Sequence record: SRR31156797_2215
Length of the DNA: 64,000 nucleotides
Direction: 5' to 3' (one strand)
Positions 1 through 10,542 of the stretch are shown piece after piece; the first letter of the stretch is position 1; every line of letters starts with the position of its first letter. A model generated the notes under the pieces. It was not told the DNA's origin, did not search any database, and worked only from the letters and a program-made list of their open reading frames with translations. The position numbers and the translations under genes are program-made.

Positions 1-30
1 CGCACGTTTTCATTTAAGGAAGCATTCATT

Positions 31-546
31 TCAGGTCAGGTCGATCCAATAATGACAGATTACAGCGCCATCTTCAGGATCAATGGCTTTTTCGGTTAGT
101 TTACCGCCGTTATTTTCAATGACTTTGGCGGAGGCGCGATTGGCTTCTTCACAGGTTACTAACACGTTGTTCAAGCCAAATTGTTTGGCCTTTACCAATG
201 ACTGTGCCAGCATTGCCGAGCCGATGCCTTGCTTTCGATGATCTGGGTGCACCGAATACCCGATGTGTCCGCCAATTTGGCGCAAGTATGCATTAAGTGT
301 CAGACGCAGATTCAAGAGACCGACCACTTTTTGATCTTGGATAGCCAGATAGGTACGGGCGGGAACGAATCCTTCTGGTACTGTTTCTGCTGTTTTAAAA
401 TCCGCCAATCCCTTTAACCAGTCTTTGGCTGTCGGACTTTCTACAAGTCCTGCCCCACCATGGATGACTTCTTGATTCTTCTCGAACGCTTGTCGATACG
501 CTTCGATTTGATCGCAGTCTGCGATCGTCGGTTCCCGAAACTCCAT
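31..546 (-). CDS. GNAT family acetyltransferase
   Basis: GGHIGYSVHPDHRKQGIG acetyl-CoA motif A and N..S..VIE.NGG; start MEFREP after AAGGA. Confidence 0.85.
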   Translation of the reverse strand: MEFREPTIADCDQIEAYRQAFEKNQEVIHGGAGLVESPTAKDWLKGLADFKTAETVPEGFVPARTYLAIQDQKVVGLLNLRLTLNAYLRQIGGHIGYSVHPDHRKQGIGSAMLAQSLVKAKQFGLNNVLVTCEEANRASAKVIENNGGKLTEKAIDPEDGAVICHYWIDLT

Positions 547-562
547 TTCCTTCACTCCTTTT

Positions 563-1087
563 TTATGATTCAAAAAGACGTGCCATCATCAAGACATCAA
601 CTTTTTGCCCCTCGCGGGTTTGCACTGCTTCTTTCATGCAGCCTTCTGTTAAAAAACCAAATTTTTGATACAGATGGATCGCTCGTAGATTTCTCGCTTG
701 GACGGTCAACTCGATGCGGGTCAATTCGCCAACTTCTACTACCCAGTCCAGTAATTCTTCAATCAGGAGCGAACCTAAGCCCAAGCCCCAATAGTCTTTT
801 AAAATCGAGATACCGATCTCCCCGACATGGGCTAATTGCCACTCTTCGTTGCCTTTGACTGATGCCATGGCGATCAATTGTTCTTGATCAAATGCCAACA
901 ACAGCAAATAGTCCTCCCGTTCATAGATAGCATCCAACTGTTCTGCCAATAGGGCTTCTGGCAACGCCAAGCCGCTTTCGTCCATTAAGAGAAAATCCGT
1001 TTCTTCTCCTAGCTGTTGACTGACTGCTAACACGGCTTTCGCATCAGCACCCTTGGCTTCTTTGATCTGTAATTGGATCTCACTCAT
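563..1087 (-). CDS. GNAT family N-acetyltransferase
   Basis: ISILKDYWGLGLGS and N.RAIHLYQKFGF motifs; overlaps tsaE stop. Confidence 0.85.
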   Translation of the reverse strand: MSEIQLQIKEAKGADAKAVLAVSQQLGEETDFLLMDESGLALPEALLAEQLDAIYEREDYLLLLAFDQEQLIAMASVKGNEEWQLAHVGEIGISILKDYWGLGLGSLLIEELLDWVVEVGELTRIELTVQARNLRAIHLYQKFGFLTEGCMKEAVQTREGQKVDVLMMARLFES

Positions 1088-1553
1088 GGGCTGCCTGCCA
1101 TTTGGTTGTGATCCGTTGCAAAAAGGCGGTTGCTTTGGTGCCATATGCATGACATTTCACAAGACGTTTTTGTCCATCTGTATCATCTTTTTCCAAAATC
1201 AGTTCTAAATAATCCTCTGGCAGGGAGGCTTCTAAGAGATTGCCCCACTCGATCACACACAAGCCATCCCCTTCGAAATAATCATCCAGTCCTAAATCTT
1301 CTGCACCGTATTCCACCCGATAGACATCCATATGGTACAGGGGCATCCGCCCATTGGTATATTCACGAATGATCGTATAGGTCGGACTTTTGATCAGTTG
1401 CTCGATCCCTAACCCCAAGGCGATGCCTTTCGTCAATGTTGTTTTGCCAGCACCCAAGTCGCCCGTCAATACCAGATTATCCCCTGGCTCGGCTACTTCT
1501 CCAATGATTTTTGCAAATGCTGCGGTTGCTTCTAAGTCGTTAATGGTAAACAT
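1080..1553 (-). CDS. tsaE: tRNA t6A biosynthesis ATPase TsaE
   Basis: Walker A GDLGAGKT, SPTYT, HMDVYR and IEW motifs. Confidence 0.95.
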   Translation of the reverse strand: MFTINDLEATAAFAKIIGEVAEPGDNLVLTGDLGAGKTTLTKGIALGLGIEQLIKSPTYTIIREYTNGRMPLYHMDVYRVEYGAEDLGLDDYFEGDGLCVIEWGNLLEASLPEDYLELILEKDDTDGQKRLVKCHAYGTKATAFLQRITTKWQAAHE

Positions 1554-1717
1554 AGTCCCCATCCTTTGATCAATCTAATTTACTAGTTGCTAGTATAGCT
1601 TGTTTTTCAAGGAATTGTAAAGAAGGAGCTTAAGGAAAATTTCCCGACGACCACTGGATCGTTGATTCATATGGACGCCCCCTGCTTTGCTGCCCTCAAC
1701 TTTCCAAAAGCAAAACA

Positions 1718-1747
1718 AAAAACTGACCCTCAACGGATCAGTTTTTC
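1718..1747 (-). terminator. Intrinsic terminator after pta
   Basis: aaaaactga...tcagttttt inverted repeat with flanking A/T tracts. Confidence 0.65.
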
Positions 1748-1768
1748 ATCAGTGCAGCGATTGGCTGC

Positions 1769-2752
1769 TTATTTTTCCATTAATGTTTGTGCCGCAGTAA
1801 TGATTGATAATTTGTAGACATCTTCTTCATTTGAACCACGAGACAAATCAGAGATTGGTTTGTTCAACCCTTGTAAGATTGGTCCAATCGCTTCAAAGTT
1901 ACCGAAACGTTGGGCGATCTTATAGCCAATGTTTCCTGATTGTAAATCTGGGAAAACAAAGACGGTTGCTTTACCAGCTACTTCAGATTCAGGAGCTTTC
2001 AATTGCGCAACTGCTGAGATATACGCAGCATCGAATTGCAATTCTCCATCGATTTGGTATTCTGGTGCCAATTCTTTGGCGATTTTTGTTGCTTCAACGA
2101 CTTTATCTACTTCTGGTGCTTTCGCAGAACCTTTCGTTGAGAAGCTTAACATAGCAACCTTTGGATCGATTTCAAATAATTCAGCGGTTTTCGCTGAGTC
2201 AACAGCGATTTCTGCTAATTCTTGTGCATTTGGGTTTACATTGATGGCACAGTCTGAGAACAAGTATTTTTCTTGGTCACGACCACGAACCATTAAGAAA
2301 GCACCACTTGTACGGCTCACACCTGGTTTTGTTTTGATGATTTGTAAAGCGGGTCTTACTGTATCACCCGTAGAATGGATCGCTCCTGAAACCATTCCTT
2401 CAGTAATGCCCATGTAAGTCAACATTGTACCGAAATAGTTGACATCTTTTAAGATTTCTTCTGCTTGTTCTTTCGTTGCTTTGCCGTTGCGGCGTTCCAC
2501 AAAAGCTTCAACCATTTCATCCCAACGATCATAATTTTCAGGATCTAAAATTTCAAAGTTTGATACGTTGATTCCGCGAGCTTCTGCTGCTTTTTCGATT
2601 TCAACCGGGTTACCGATCAAAACGGGTTCAATCAATTCTTCTGAACGTAAACGGCTAGCAGCACCTAGGATACGAGGATCTGTTGCTTCTGGAAAAACGA
2701 TTTTGATATGACGACGCACGATTTTAAATTTTAAACTTTCGAATAATTCCAC
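1769..2752 (-). CDS. pta: Phosphate acetyltransferase
   Basis: IVFPE, DGELQFDAA, FPDLQSGNIGYK, GPILQGLNKPISDLSRG; GTG start with GGAGG. Confidence 0.97.
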   Translation of the reverse strand: MELFESLKFKIVRRHIKIVFPEATDPRILGAASRLRSEELIEPVLIGNPVEIEKAAEARGINVSNFEILDPENYDRWDEMVEAFVERRNGKATKEQAEEILKDVNYFGTMLTYMGITEGMVSGAIHSTGDTVRPALQIIKTKPGVSRTSGAFLMVRGRDQEKYLFSDCAINVNPNAQELAEIAVDSAKTAELFEIDPKVAMLSFSTKGSAKAPEVDKVVEATKIAKELAPEYQIDGELQFDAAYISAVAQLKAPESEVAGKATVFVFPDLQSGNIGYKIAQRFGNFEAIGPILQGLNKPISDLSRGSNEEDVYKLSIITAAQTLMEK

Positions 2753-2893
2753 GGGTAAAGACCTCCAGTTTTTTTATACCCTTCCATTGTACAATAACTA
2801 TGAAAAAAAGAACAGATAAAAATCCTGTATTAGTCGATTATTTTAAATATCGTTACCTTTTTCACAAATCCACTCATTCTAAATAACACAGTT

Positions 2894-3583
2894 TTACAAC
2901 TGTGTTATTTTTTCCGGTAACGCCCAAGAAATCGGTTCTTCCCCTAATGCCAGCAACGCTTGATTGATCTTAGAAAAAGGCTTTGAACCAAAGAATCCTC
3001 GATGTGCCGACAACGGACTTGGATGAGGCGCTGTTATAATAATATGTTTGCTGGTATCTAGTAAAGCGGCTTTCTTTTGAGCGGGTTTGCCCCAAAGCAC
3101 AAAAATGACCGGTTTTTCTCGTTGATTCAATTTTTCGATAATCGTATCTGTCAGCTGCTCCCAGCCATGCCCGTGATGTGAATAGGCTTGTCCCTCACGT
3201 ACCGTCAATACGGTATTCAACAATAAGACCCCTTGCTGCGCCCATGGCACAAGATAGCCATGGGACACAGGTGCAATCCCTAAGTCATCGGCTAATTCCT
3301 TGTAAATATTGCGTAAGGAAGGCGGTATTTTGACCCCCGGCTGCACGGAAAACGACAGTCCGTGGGCTTGGTGAGGGCCATGATAAGGATCTTGACCTAA
3401 GATGACAACTTTTACGTCATGGTATGGTGTCAGTTTAAGTGCTTCATAAATATGATCCATCGCTGGATGGATCTTTTGCTGGGCATATTCTTGTTTCAAG
3501 AAAGCCCGTAGTTGTTGGTAATAGGGTTGCTCAAATGATTCCTGCAATTGTTCTTGCCAATCATTGTCCAATAGTCGTTTCAT
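2894..3583 (-). CDS. ung: Uracil-DNA glycosylase
   Basis: GQDPYH, VLLLN and HPSPLS motifs; start MKRLLD after AGGAG. Confidence 0.97.
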   Translation of the reverse strand: MKRLLDNDWQEQLQESFEQPYYQQLRAFLKQEYAQQKIHPAMDHIYEALKLTPYHDVKVVILGQDPYHGPHQAHGLSFSVQPGVKIPPSLRNIYKELADDLGIAPVSHGYLVPWAQQGVLLLNTVLTVREGQAYSHHGHGWEQLTDTIIEKLNQREKPVIFVLWGKPAQKKAALLDTSKHIIITAPHPSPLSAHRGFFGSKPFSKINQALLALGEEPISWALPEKITQL

Positions 3584-3714
3584 GGCGAATCTCCTTTGTT
3601 TTCTTCTAGGATAACAAATCCCTCCCCTTAGAAACAAGAATTACTCTTCGAAAGAAAAAAATCCGTGATTTATGGTACACTATTTGTAGAAACGATTAAG
3701 AAAGGACGCTGACA

Positions 3715-4584
3715 ATGATCAAATTAATTGCTTCTGATATGGATGGTACGCTTTTAAATGCCAGTATGCAGATTTCAGAAGAAAATATCCAAGCAATCAA
3801 ATATGCCCAATCCAAAGGAATCGAATTTATGGTCGCAACTGGCCGTAACCGTAAAGAGGCATTGCCGCCGCTGCAAGAAGCCGGGATCGACTGTGCAATG
3901 ATCACCTTGAATGGGGCCCAAGTCTATGACGAAGCGGGTAATTCATTATTTACTGTGCCGATCAGCCATGAACAAACTCGTTCGTTGATCGACCTACTAA
4001 AAGAAAACGACATCTATTTTGAGATCTCAACGAGCAATGGGATCTATTCGGAAAGTCAGACACGTCGGATCGAAAATTTTGCGATCCATACGGCAGAAGC
4101 AATGCCCCATTTAACCCATAAGATGGCGATTGCTATGACAGCTGCCCGTTTAGAATTTTTACCGATCAATTATGTCGATGATTTCAGTGAGTTGTTTTCG
4201 ATCGAAGAATTAGAATTTTTGAAAGTGATCTGCTTCCACCAAGACGGTGCCCGGGTATTGGGTCCTATCACGAAAATCATCGATGGGTACGGCGATCTAG
4301 TGGTGACTTCTTCTGGACAAAACAATATTGAGATCAACCACCGAAACGCGCAAAAAGGAATCGCAGTGGCACATGTCGCCAAAGATCGGATGATCTCACT
4401 GGCGGAAGTGATGACGATCGGTGACAACTTAAATGATGTAAGTATGCTGCAACTGGCAGGCGTTAGTTTTGCAATGGGAAATGGCGAGTTAGAGGTAAAA
4501 GAAGTCGCGAAGTATTTGACGGACACCAATATTGAGGCTGGTGTCGGCAAAGCAATCGTTCGGGCAATTGATGAAAATCTTTAA
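3715..4584 (+). CDS. Cof-type HAD-IIB hydrolase
   Basis: DMDGTLL, ATGR, KG and GDNLND motifs. Confidence 0.92.
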   Translation: MIKLIASDMDGTLLNASMQISEENIQAIKYAQSKGIEFMVATGRNRKEALPPLQEAGIDCAMITLNGAQVYDEAGNSLFTVPISHEQTRSLIDLLKENDIYFEISTSNGIYSESQTRRIENFAIHTAEAMPHLTHKMAIAMTAARLEFLPINYVDDFSELFSIEELEFLKVICFHQDGARVLGPITKIIDGYGDLVVTSSGQNNIEINHRNAQKGIAVAHVAKDRMISLAEVMTIGDNLNDVSMLQLAGVSFAMGNGELEVKEVAKYLTDTNIEAGVGKAIVRAIDENL

Positions 4585-4623
4585 ACCACGCAGCTTTTTG
4601 GGGATACATGAGGAGGCGTAAGT

Positions 4624-5145
4624 ATGTCAGAATTTTTCATCCAAGATAGGCAACTTAGCAGAGTCACACGAACCATTGTCAAAGATGAAACAGGCAAATC
4701 ACTATTTTTGATGGTGGGACGTTGGGGAACCAAGGGCGATGCCCTCTCCCTTTACCGTTTAAATGGGCAAATGGTCGCTAGTATCAAACAAATCAGCTTT
4801 ACTTTTGGTACACGCTTTGAGATCTACAAAGACTTTGAGAAAGTCGGTACACTGCAAAAAATCTTTAACTGGCCAGGTGATTTCTACTATATCCAGCAGC
4901 TTCACTGGGCGGTCCACGGCGATATCTATAATCATCGCTATGGGATCCATCATTTCAATAAAAAGATTATGGAGATGGACAAAGCGACCTTGTTGACGGG
5001 GGATTATTATGTACTGGATGTTGTCGATGACCGGGATGCGCCGGTCTGCATCTGTATTGCGGCCGTCATGGATTACTGGCTGTACAATCGGCACCGCAAA
5101 AAAGACCATCCTCTTGAGCTTCGACTAACAAATGGAACCAGCTGA
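4624..5145 (+). CDS. LURP-one/Tubby-C-like (YxjI-like) protein
   Basis: Typical length and pattern (W.V.GD.....Y.I ... GD.Y.LDV ... IA.V.D); GAGGAGG RBS. Confidence 0.7.
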   Translation: MSEFFIQDRQLSRVTRTIVKDETGKSLFLMVGRWGTKGDALSLYRLNGQMVASIKQISFTFGTRFEIYKDFEKVGTLQKIFNWPGDFYYIQQLHWAVHGDIYNHRYGIHHFNKKIMEMDKATLLTGDYYVLDVVDDRDAPVCICIAAVMDYWLYNRHRKKDHPLELRLTNGTS

Positions 5146-5167
5146 AAAATCAGCTGGTTCTTTTTTG
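5135..5167. terminator. Hairpin at convergent gene junction (terminator)
   Basis: gaaccagctga-aaaa-tcagctggttc followed by T tract. Confidence 0.7.
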
Positions 5168-5716
5168 CATATGGTCGTAAAGATGGCCACTGATCTCTCT
5201 TTGGGCCACGACTTCAAATCCGTGCTTTTCATAGAGCCGCTTCGCATGGGGATTTGCTCGGTCAACACTCAAGCCGATCACCTCATAACCATCTCTAGAA
5301 GCAATTTTCGGCAATGCTTCTAACAAGGCTGAGCCGACGCCTTTGCCCCGAAATTTCTCAGCCACACAGATGGTATCTAAGTACCATTCATTTGGTAAAG
5401 TCTCTTCATCGATAAACAGCTTCATGTCTTTACTCAAACCGTACTGTTCCAGCACTTTATCTAGAGGCTGATCGATCGTCGCCTCTTCTTTGTCTGGATA
5501 TCCAAAGGCGACGCCAGCAACTTCTCCGTCGATCTCATTGACTAGCGCACGGCGAAAGCCGTAACGATAATCGGGTTCTAGCATGGCATCTGCCAAGATC
5601 TCTAAGGTCTTGGCTTCTCCGATCTCTTTGACAAACGGCAATTCCATGTCCTTTAAAATGACTAAAACGAGTTCAGCCATGACAAAACGATCTTCTTCTT
5701 TTGCAAATCTTATCAC
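5150..5716 (-). CDS. GNAT family N-acetyltransferase
   Basis: EWYLDTICVAEKFRGKGVGS, NPHAKRLYEKHGF. Confidence 0.88.
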   Translation of the reverse strand: MIRFAKEEDRFVMAELVLVILKDMELPFVKEIGEAKTLEILADAMLEPDYRYGFRRALVNEIDGEVAGVAFGYPDKEEATIDQPLDKVLEQYGLSKDMKLFIDEETLPNEWYLDTICVAEKFRGKGVGSALLEALPKIASRDGYEVIGLSVDRANPHAKRLYEKHGFEVVAQREISGHLYDHMQKRTS

Positions 5717-5809
5717 GTTTTTTCCTCCTTGCTTCTATACATAGAATAACAATTCTCTCAAGAAAAACCAAGTTGAATCGACAAAGGATCAACACAAAGT
5801 CTTCCTTGT

Positions 5810-6187
5810 TTATTCATGTAATTCCAACGGCAAGCCGTCTGGATCTTGGAAAAAGGTCATCTTCTTATTGGTGAAGGTATCAAAACGAATCGGTTCGCAC
5901 ACAATCCCTTTAGTGGCTAACTCCGCTACGACTGCTTCAATATTTTCCACCGCAAAGGCCAAATGTCGCAAGCCGGCTGCTTCGGGAAAACTTGGTCTTG
6001 CTGGTGGGTTTTCCACCACAAACAGTTCTATTTCTGATTCCCCAAAGCGCAAGTCGATTTTTACATCTTTCTTTTCTGGGCGCGCATGTTCACGAATCAC
6101 TTCAAAGCCTAATTTTTCTACATAAAACTCTTTGGTCTGTTGGTAATTACTAGCGATGATCGCCACATGATGCATTTTTGAAAACAT
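5810..6187 (-). CDS. VOC/glyoxalase family protein (YaeR/YwkD-like)
   Basis: HHVAII, GLRHLAF, FFQDPDGLPLELHE. Confidence 0.9.
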   Translation of the reverse strand: MFSKMHHVAIIASNYQQTKEFYVEKLGFEVIREHARPEKKDVKIDLRFGESEIELFVVENPPARPSFPEAAGLRHLAFAVENIEAVVAELATKGIVCEPIRFDTFTNKKMTFFQDPDGLPLELHE

Positions 6188-6322
6188 TATTGCCACTCCT
6201 TTGTATTGGACTCCTCTCTCAGTTTAAAGCCTTTGGCTGCATTTTACTAGAAAAGACTGCCGAAGTTCTCCTCTTTTCATAAATGGTTTCTGTTATACTA
6301 GAAAGCGGAAGGTGATGAAAAA

Positions 6323-6772
6323 ATGAAACTACTTTATATTTCAATCTCTGGAAATACCCGTGCATTCGTCAACCGCTTGTTGGCCTATGCAGATCAGCAA
6401 GACACACCGAGCACTTGGGAAGCCAAAGAAATTCATGACAATAGTGTCTTTGAACAAGAAGACGAACCTTATGTGGTTTTTGTCCCTACCTATTTAGAAG
6501 GTGGAAACGGCGTCGATAACGGCGATCAGGAGATCCTCACAGAAACCATGCGGGAATACATTGACTATGAAAACAACGCCGCTCTTTGCTTAGGCGTGAT
6601 CGGCAGCGGCAACAAAAACTTTAATTATCAATATTGCTTGACCGCAAAGCAATATGCGGAACAATTTTCGATCCCGTTCTTAGCGGATTTCGAGCTGCGA
6701 GGCACGACACAAGATATTGAACGGATCTATGCTTGTTTAAAAGAAATCGATCCTGCCCACAGCAACACTTAG
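6323..6772 (+). CDS. nrdI: Class Ib ribonucleotide reductase flavodoxin NrdI (streptococcal type)
   Basis: YISISGNT, PTYLEGGNG, GSGNKNF, FELRG. Confidence 0.88.
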   Translation: MKLLYISISGNTRAFVNRLLAYADQQDTPSTWEAKEIHDNSVFEQEDEPYVVFVPTYLEGGNGVDNGDQEILTETMREYIDYENNAALCLGVIGSGNKNFNYQYCLTAKQYAEQFSIPFLADFELRGTTQDIERIYACLKEIDPAHSNT

Positions 6773-6813
6773 CTTTAGCCAGCATTCATTAGCCATTAGG
6801 AGGACTTTTGCAT

Positions 6814-8463
6814 ATGGAACCACAAACGATGGTCATTTTGATCATACTCGCCAGCATTCTCATCTTGACCGCACTAGATATCTGGAATCGATACAAAGTA
6901 CGCCGTTACGTTCGGCTTGCTTGGGGAAAACTTCCCCGTCAGCCCCGCTTTGATAAAGAAGCGAGTTTGAAAAAAGCTTGGCTGACTGAGAAGAAGTTTC
7001 ACGATTTTGATAGCGAGGTCGATGACATCACTTGGTATGACTTGGATGGCTTTTCGTTGTTTGAGTCCATTAATCTGACGTTTTCCAGTGTTGGTTCAGA
7101 AGCGTTGTACCAGCAATTACGCAATTTCCACTTCAAGCCGGACAAACAGCTGACCAAATTGATCGACTTTTTTGCTGCTGACAGTGCCGCACGCGAACAA
7201 TCCCAATATACGTTTGCTCGTTTAGGAAAACAAGATGATAATTTTTCGAAAGCCTACTTGGCCAATGAAGCGGCGCAATCGATCGGTTCTCTGCCGTTCT
7301 TTGTCTTTTTAGGTGTGCTGCCATTAGTCGGCATCTTGCTGCTCCTGCTGGGGATTGTCCAAGGTCTCCTGTTGACGTTGATTAGTGTCGTTTTCAATAC
7401 GATCTATTACTCCATCAAAAAAGCCAAGCTGGAAACAGAACTGAACAGCATGCGCTATTTGGTTCAAACGATTGCCTGTGGCAGTCAGATCGCTAAAATC
7501 AACACGCCCCTCCAAGATGAGATCAAACAATCTTTGTCACCATTAAAGAAGATCACTCGTTTCGCTTTCTCGTTTCGTGCCAAAAACGGCAGCGAAGGAG
7601 ACATGTTGTTTGAATACATCAATATCATTTTTATGCTGCCGTTTATTTCCTATCAAACGGTCACCACTACTCTGGCCAAACACCAACAAGCAGCCATCGA
7701 TCTGTGGAATTTGCTGGGAAAATTGGAAGTCGCAGCCGCCATTTTAAATTTTCGCACGTATATGCCCATCACTTGCCTACCGACCTTCCAAACAAGCGGA
7801 GGTGTAGAAGCAACGGGTACGTATCATCCCCTTCTGAGTGAAGCAGTCATGAATGATGTCACTTGGAACCACAATACCCTTGTAACTGGCTCCAATGCCT
7901 CAGGCAAATCGACATATGTCAAAAGTGTCGCCATCAACTGTATTTTGGCACAAACCATCCAGACAGCAGTAGCTGAAACCTTTACGATGGTTCCTGGTCA
8001 CGTCATTACCTCGATGGCTGTCGAAGATGATCTATTTGAAGGCGACAGCTATTTCGTGGCGGAGATCAAATCCATCAAACGCCTGCTAGATACCGTTGCC
8101 ACGAAACAGCGCTGCTACTGTTTTGTTGATGAGATTTTAAAAGGAACCAATACGGTGGAACGAATCGCTTCTTCTGCTAGCATCATCCATTGGTTGCGAG
8201 CCTACCCATCATTGGCCTTTGTCGCTACCCATGATATTGAGCTGACTGAAATTTTGAAAAATGATTGCCGCAACATTCATTTTTCTGAACAAGTCACGGA
8301 AGATGACGGCATCTCCTTTGATTATAAGGTCAAATCCGGTCCTGCCTTGAGCCGCAACGCGATCGCCCTCTTAAAAGTCATGGGCTACCCTGAAACGATC
8401 GTTCAAGACGCCTATGCCGCCGCCAATGATTTTGATCAAAATCGTAAATGGCAGGAATTATAA
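6814..8463 (+). CDS. Membrane-anchored MutS-domain-V ATPase (MutS-related protein)
   Basis: TGSNASGKST, SYFVAE, DEILKGTN, ATHD; N-terminal and internal hydrophobic helices; no mismatch-binding domain. Confidence 0.85.
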   Translation: MEPQTMVILIILASILILTALDIWNRYKVRRYVRLAWGKLPRQPRFDKEASLKKAWLTEKKFHDFDSEVDDITWYDLDGFSLFESINLTFSSVGSEALYQQLRNFHFKPDKQLTKLIDFFAADSAAREQSQYTFARLGKQDDNFSKAYLANEAAQSIGSLPFFVFLGVLPLVGILLLLLGIVQGLLLTLISVVFNTIYYSIKKAKLETELNSMRYLVQTIACGSQIAKINTPLQDEIKQSLSPLKKITRFAFSFRAKNGSEGDMLFEYINIIFMLPFISYQTVTTTLAKHQQAAIDLWNLLGKLEVAAAILNFRTYMPITCLPTFQTSGGVEATGTYHPLLSEAVMNDVTWNHNTLVTGSNASGKSTYVKSVAINCILAQTIQTAVAETFTMVPGHVITSMAVEDDLFEGDSYFVAEIKSIKRLLDTVATKQRCYCFVDEILKGTNTVERIASSASIIHWLRAYPSLAFVATHDIELTEILKNDCRNIHFSEQVTEDDGISFDYKVKSGPALSRNAIALLKVMGYPETIVQDAYAAANDFDQNRKWQEL

Positions 8464-8475
8464 CTTCACACAAAC

Positions 8476-8521
8476 AAAAGCGCCTTATCCCAGTGTCAGT
8501 CACAGGATAAGGCGCTATTTT
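8476..8521. terminator. Bidirectional intrinsic terminator
   Basis: agcgccttatcc...ggataaggcgct 12-bp stem between convergent genes. Confidence 0.8.
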
Positions 8522-8530
8522 ATGTTTCAT

Positions 8531-10351
8531 TTAGTCAAACAAACCAGTCGTTAAACTGTATTGCTCTCCTTGTAGCACATCATATTGGATCAAATTGTAG
8601 GCATCATAGATTTCTTGGGCTTCTTTATCCAACGCAAGAGTCGTCTGCCATTGTCCCTCTTGATAATACTGACCCAGTTCAAAAGCCGGCAACTCATCTT
8701 GCAAGGCCAACAACAACTGGTAAAACCCGCTGGTTGGTTGATCACTGGCTTCTAATAGGTTCGGCGCAAAATAAAAAGGACTTGTTACTGGTACATCTTC
8801 TGGCGCAAAATTCCCTTGCGAATCAACCATCAAAAATTCGGTTTCATGCAGGGCAGCCGTTTCATTTTGATCCTTGATCTCATCGTCATAAATGCCTGGT
8901 AAATGATCTCCCCAAAAGACGACCAGCGTTCGCCGATCCAGCTGCTCTAATTCAGCCACAAAGTTTTTCAACGCTGTACTGCTATAAGAGATATCCTGCA
9001 GGTAGTTTTCCAAAGAAGCCATATTGCCCGGACCGCTCGCTTGGTAATTCAACGTATCGTATTTGCCAGCATAAGGCATATGGGTCTGCATCGTCACTAA
9101 ATGGACAAATTGCGGTTGCTGATCGTTTTCCAACAAAGCCAGCACTTCTTTGTAGGCCGCCTCATCAGAGATATAAGGATTATTTTCGATTTTGTCGGTA
9201 TAGGTCATCGTATCTTGATCGATAAACTGTTCAAACCCCATCACCCCATAGACATCCTTGCGTTTGTACATCGATGTATCGTAAGGATGGATCGCCGTTG
9301 CCGTATACCCTGATTGTTCCAAGAAAGAAACCAAGGATGGCAGTTGCGTCAATTTCGGCACTAGCATCGTGTAAGGCGTTGTCATCTGTGGATTCAATAG
9401 GCCCATAGCAAAACCAGTCAACGCTTCAAACTCGATGTTTGCCGTACCGCCTCCATAATTTTGCGAAAGCATTTTTCCACTGATGGTTTGATCGGCGACG
9501 TGGTAATAGTCTTTCAACGGATCGCCGGTGATCGATAAGCCATTTAAATGGCTCGGGTCGGAAAAACTCTCGCTCATCACATAGACGATATTTGGTGCTT
9601 CACTTTCACGGTCTTGATTTTTCTCCGCCGCCTGTGCATTGTAGGTGTCCGCAATCGCTTGGATCGCTTCTTTTGAATACCCCTCAGGCTTCGTCATGGC
9701 ATCTACCCGCAGGTTGTACAAAAAACCACCGATAAATCCCGTATTGTAGTAGTTCATTTTTTGTGAATACGGAATCCAGAGCGCCGTCTGATTGTAGGCT
9801 TTGCGTAAAAGGTTGTTGCTGTCGTTGAAGTGTGAAACATAGACTAAGCCCAGCGAGCATACGACCAGCACCGCTCCTCGCATCACTTGCAAACGCCGGT
9901 TTAATTTGCGGCTGCGATAGATACTCCAGCCGATCGCTCCGATCGCCACCAGAGCGAAGAGGATGGCTAAGAAAAAGGCGCCATTGCCGATCATAGTTCG
10001 TAGAAGGTCGAATTGAGTGACCATCTTTAAATCATCGGGATAGATTGGTTCTTGGCGATAGACCATCTTCGTGTGATTGGCATACCCTAAGATTCCGATG
10101 ACGACACTATAAAAGATGCCCCCAATCAGTACCGAACCTGCCAAGCTGGCAAACACCCCATACACCAGCAGTAGCACCCCACAAGCCAAGAAAAACTTTG
10201 CTGTATGCCACGAAAAGGCAAATTTCAAGGCTAATTCAACGGAAAGATTGTTTTGACACCATTGCAAATATAAATTACTGAAAATGATCAACAGGACGAT
10301 GGCGATGCCTTTTAATGCGATCTTCAGATAAGGATGGCTATTTATTTTCAC
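8531..10351 (-). CDS. LTA synthase family sulfatase/phosphoglycerol transferase
   Basis: N-terminal TM helices; MSESF, GGTANIEFE (catalytic Thr), TMQTH, WGDH. Confidence 0.88.
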   Translation of the reverse strand: MKINSHPYLKIALKGIAIVLLIIFSNLYLQWCQNNLSVELALKFAFSWHTAKFFLACGVLLLVYGVFASLAGSVLIGGIFYSVVIGILGYANHTKMVYRQEPIYPDDLKMVTQFDLLRTMIGNGAFFLAILFALVAIGAIGWSIYRSRKLNRRLQVMRGAVLVVCSLGLVYVSHFNDSNNLLRKAYNQTALWIPYSQKMNYYNTGFIGGFLYNLRVDAMTKPEGYSKEAIQAIADTYNAQAAEKNQDRESEAPNIVYVMSESFSDPSHLNGLSITGDPLKDYYHVADQTISGKMLSQNYGGGTANIEFEALTGFAMGLLNPQMTTPYTMLVPKLTQLPSLVSFLEQSGYTATAIHPYDTSMYKRKDVYGVMGFEQFIDQDTMTYTDKIENNPYISDEAAYKEVLALLENDQQPQFVHLVTMQTHMPYAGKYDTLNYQASGPGNMASLENYLQDISYSSTALKNFVAELEQLDRRTLVVFWGDHLPGIYDDEIKDQNETAALHETEFLMVDSQGNFAPEDVPVTSPFYFAPNLLEASDQPTSGFYQLLLALQDELPAFELGQYYQEGQWQTTLALDKEAQEIYDAYNLIQYDVLQGEQYSLTTGLFD

Positions 10352-10469
10352 GAAGGAACATTCCTCCTTTTCTACACGTTCTAGGTACCCTCGTATTTTA
10401 TGCTTTCAAGACAAGAAAGTAAAGCCAGGGCAAGAAGCTTTTGTTATTTTTAAAGAAAGCAACCCTCAT

Positions 10470-10510
10470 AAAAAAGAGTCTAAGGTTTCTTGCCCCCTAG
10501 ACTCTTCTTT
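10470..10510 (-). terminator. Terminator of pncB-nadE
   Basis: aagagtcta...tagactctt stem with A tract on the + strand. Confidence 0.65.
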
Positions 10511-10542
10511 CTATCCGAATGGAACTCAATCACTGGTTTCGT

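Noticed and set aside
6814-8463. Annotation as the mismatch-repair gene mutS
   Set aside because: It lacks the mismatch-recognition and clamp domains and has TM segments.
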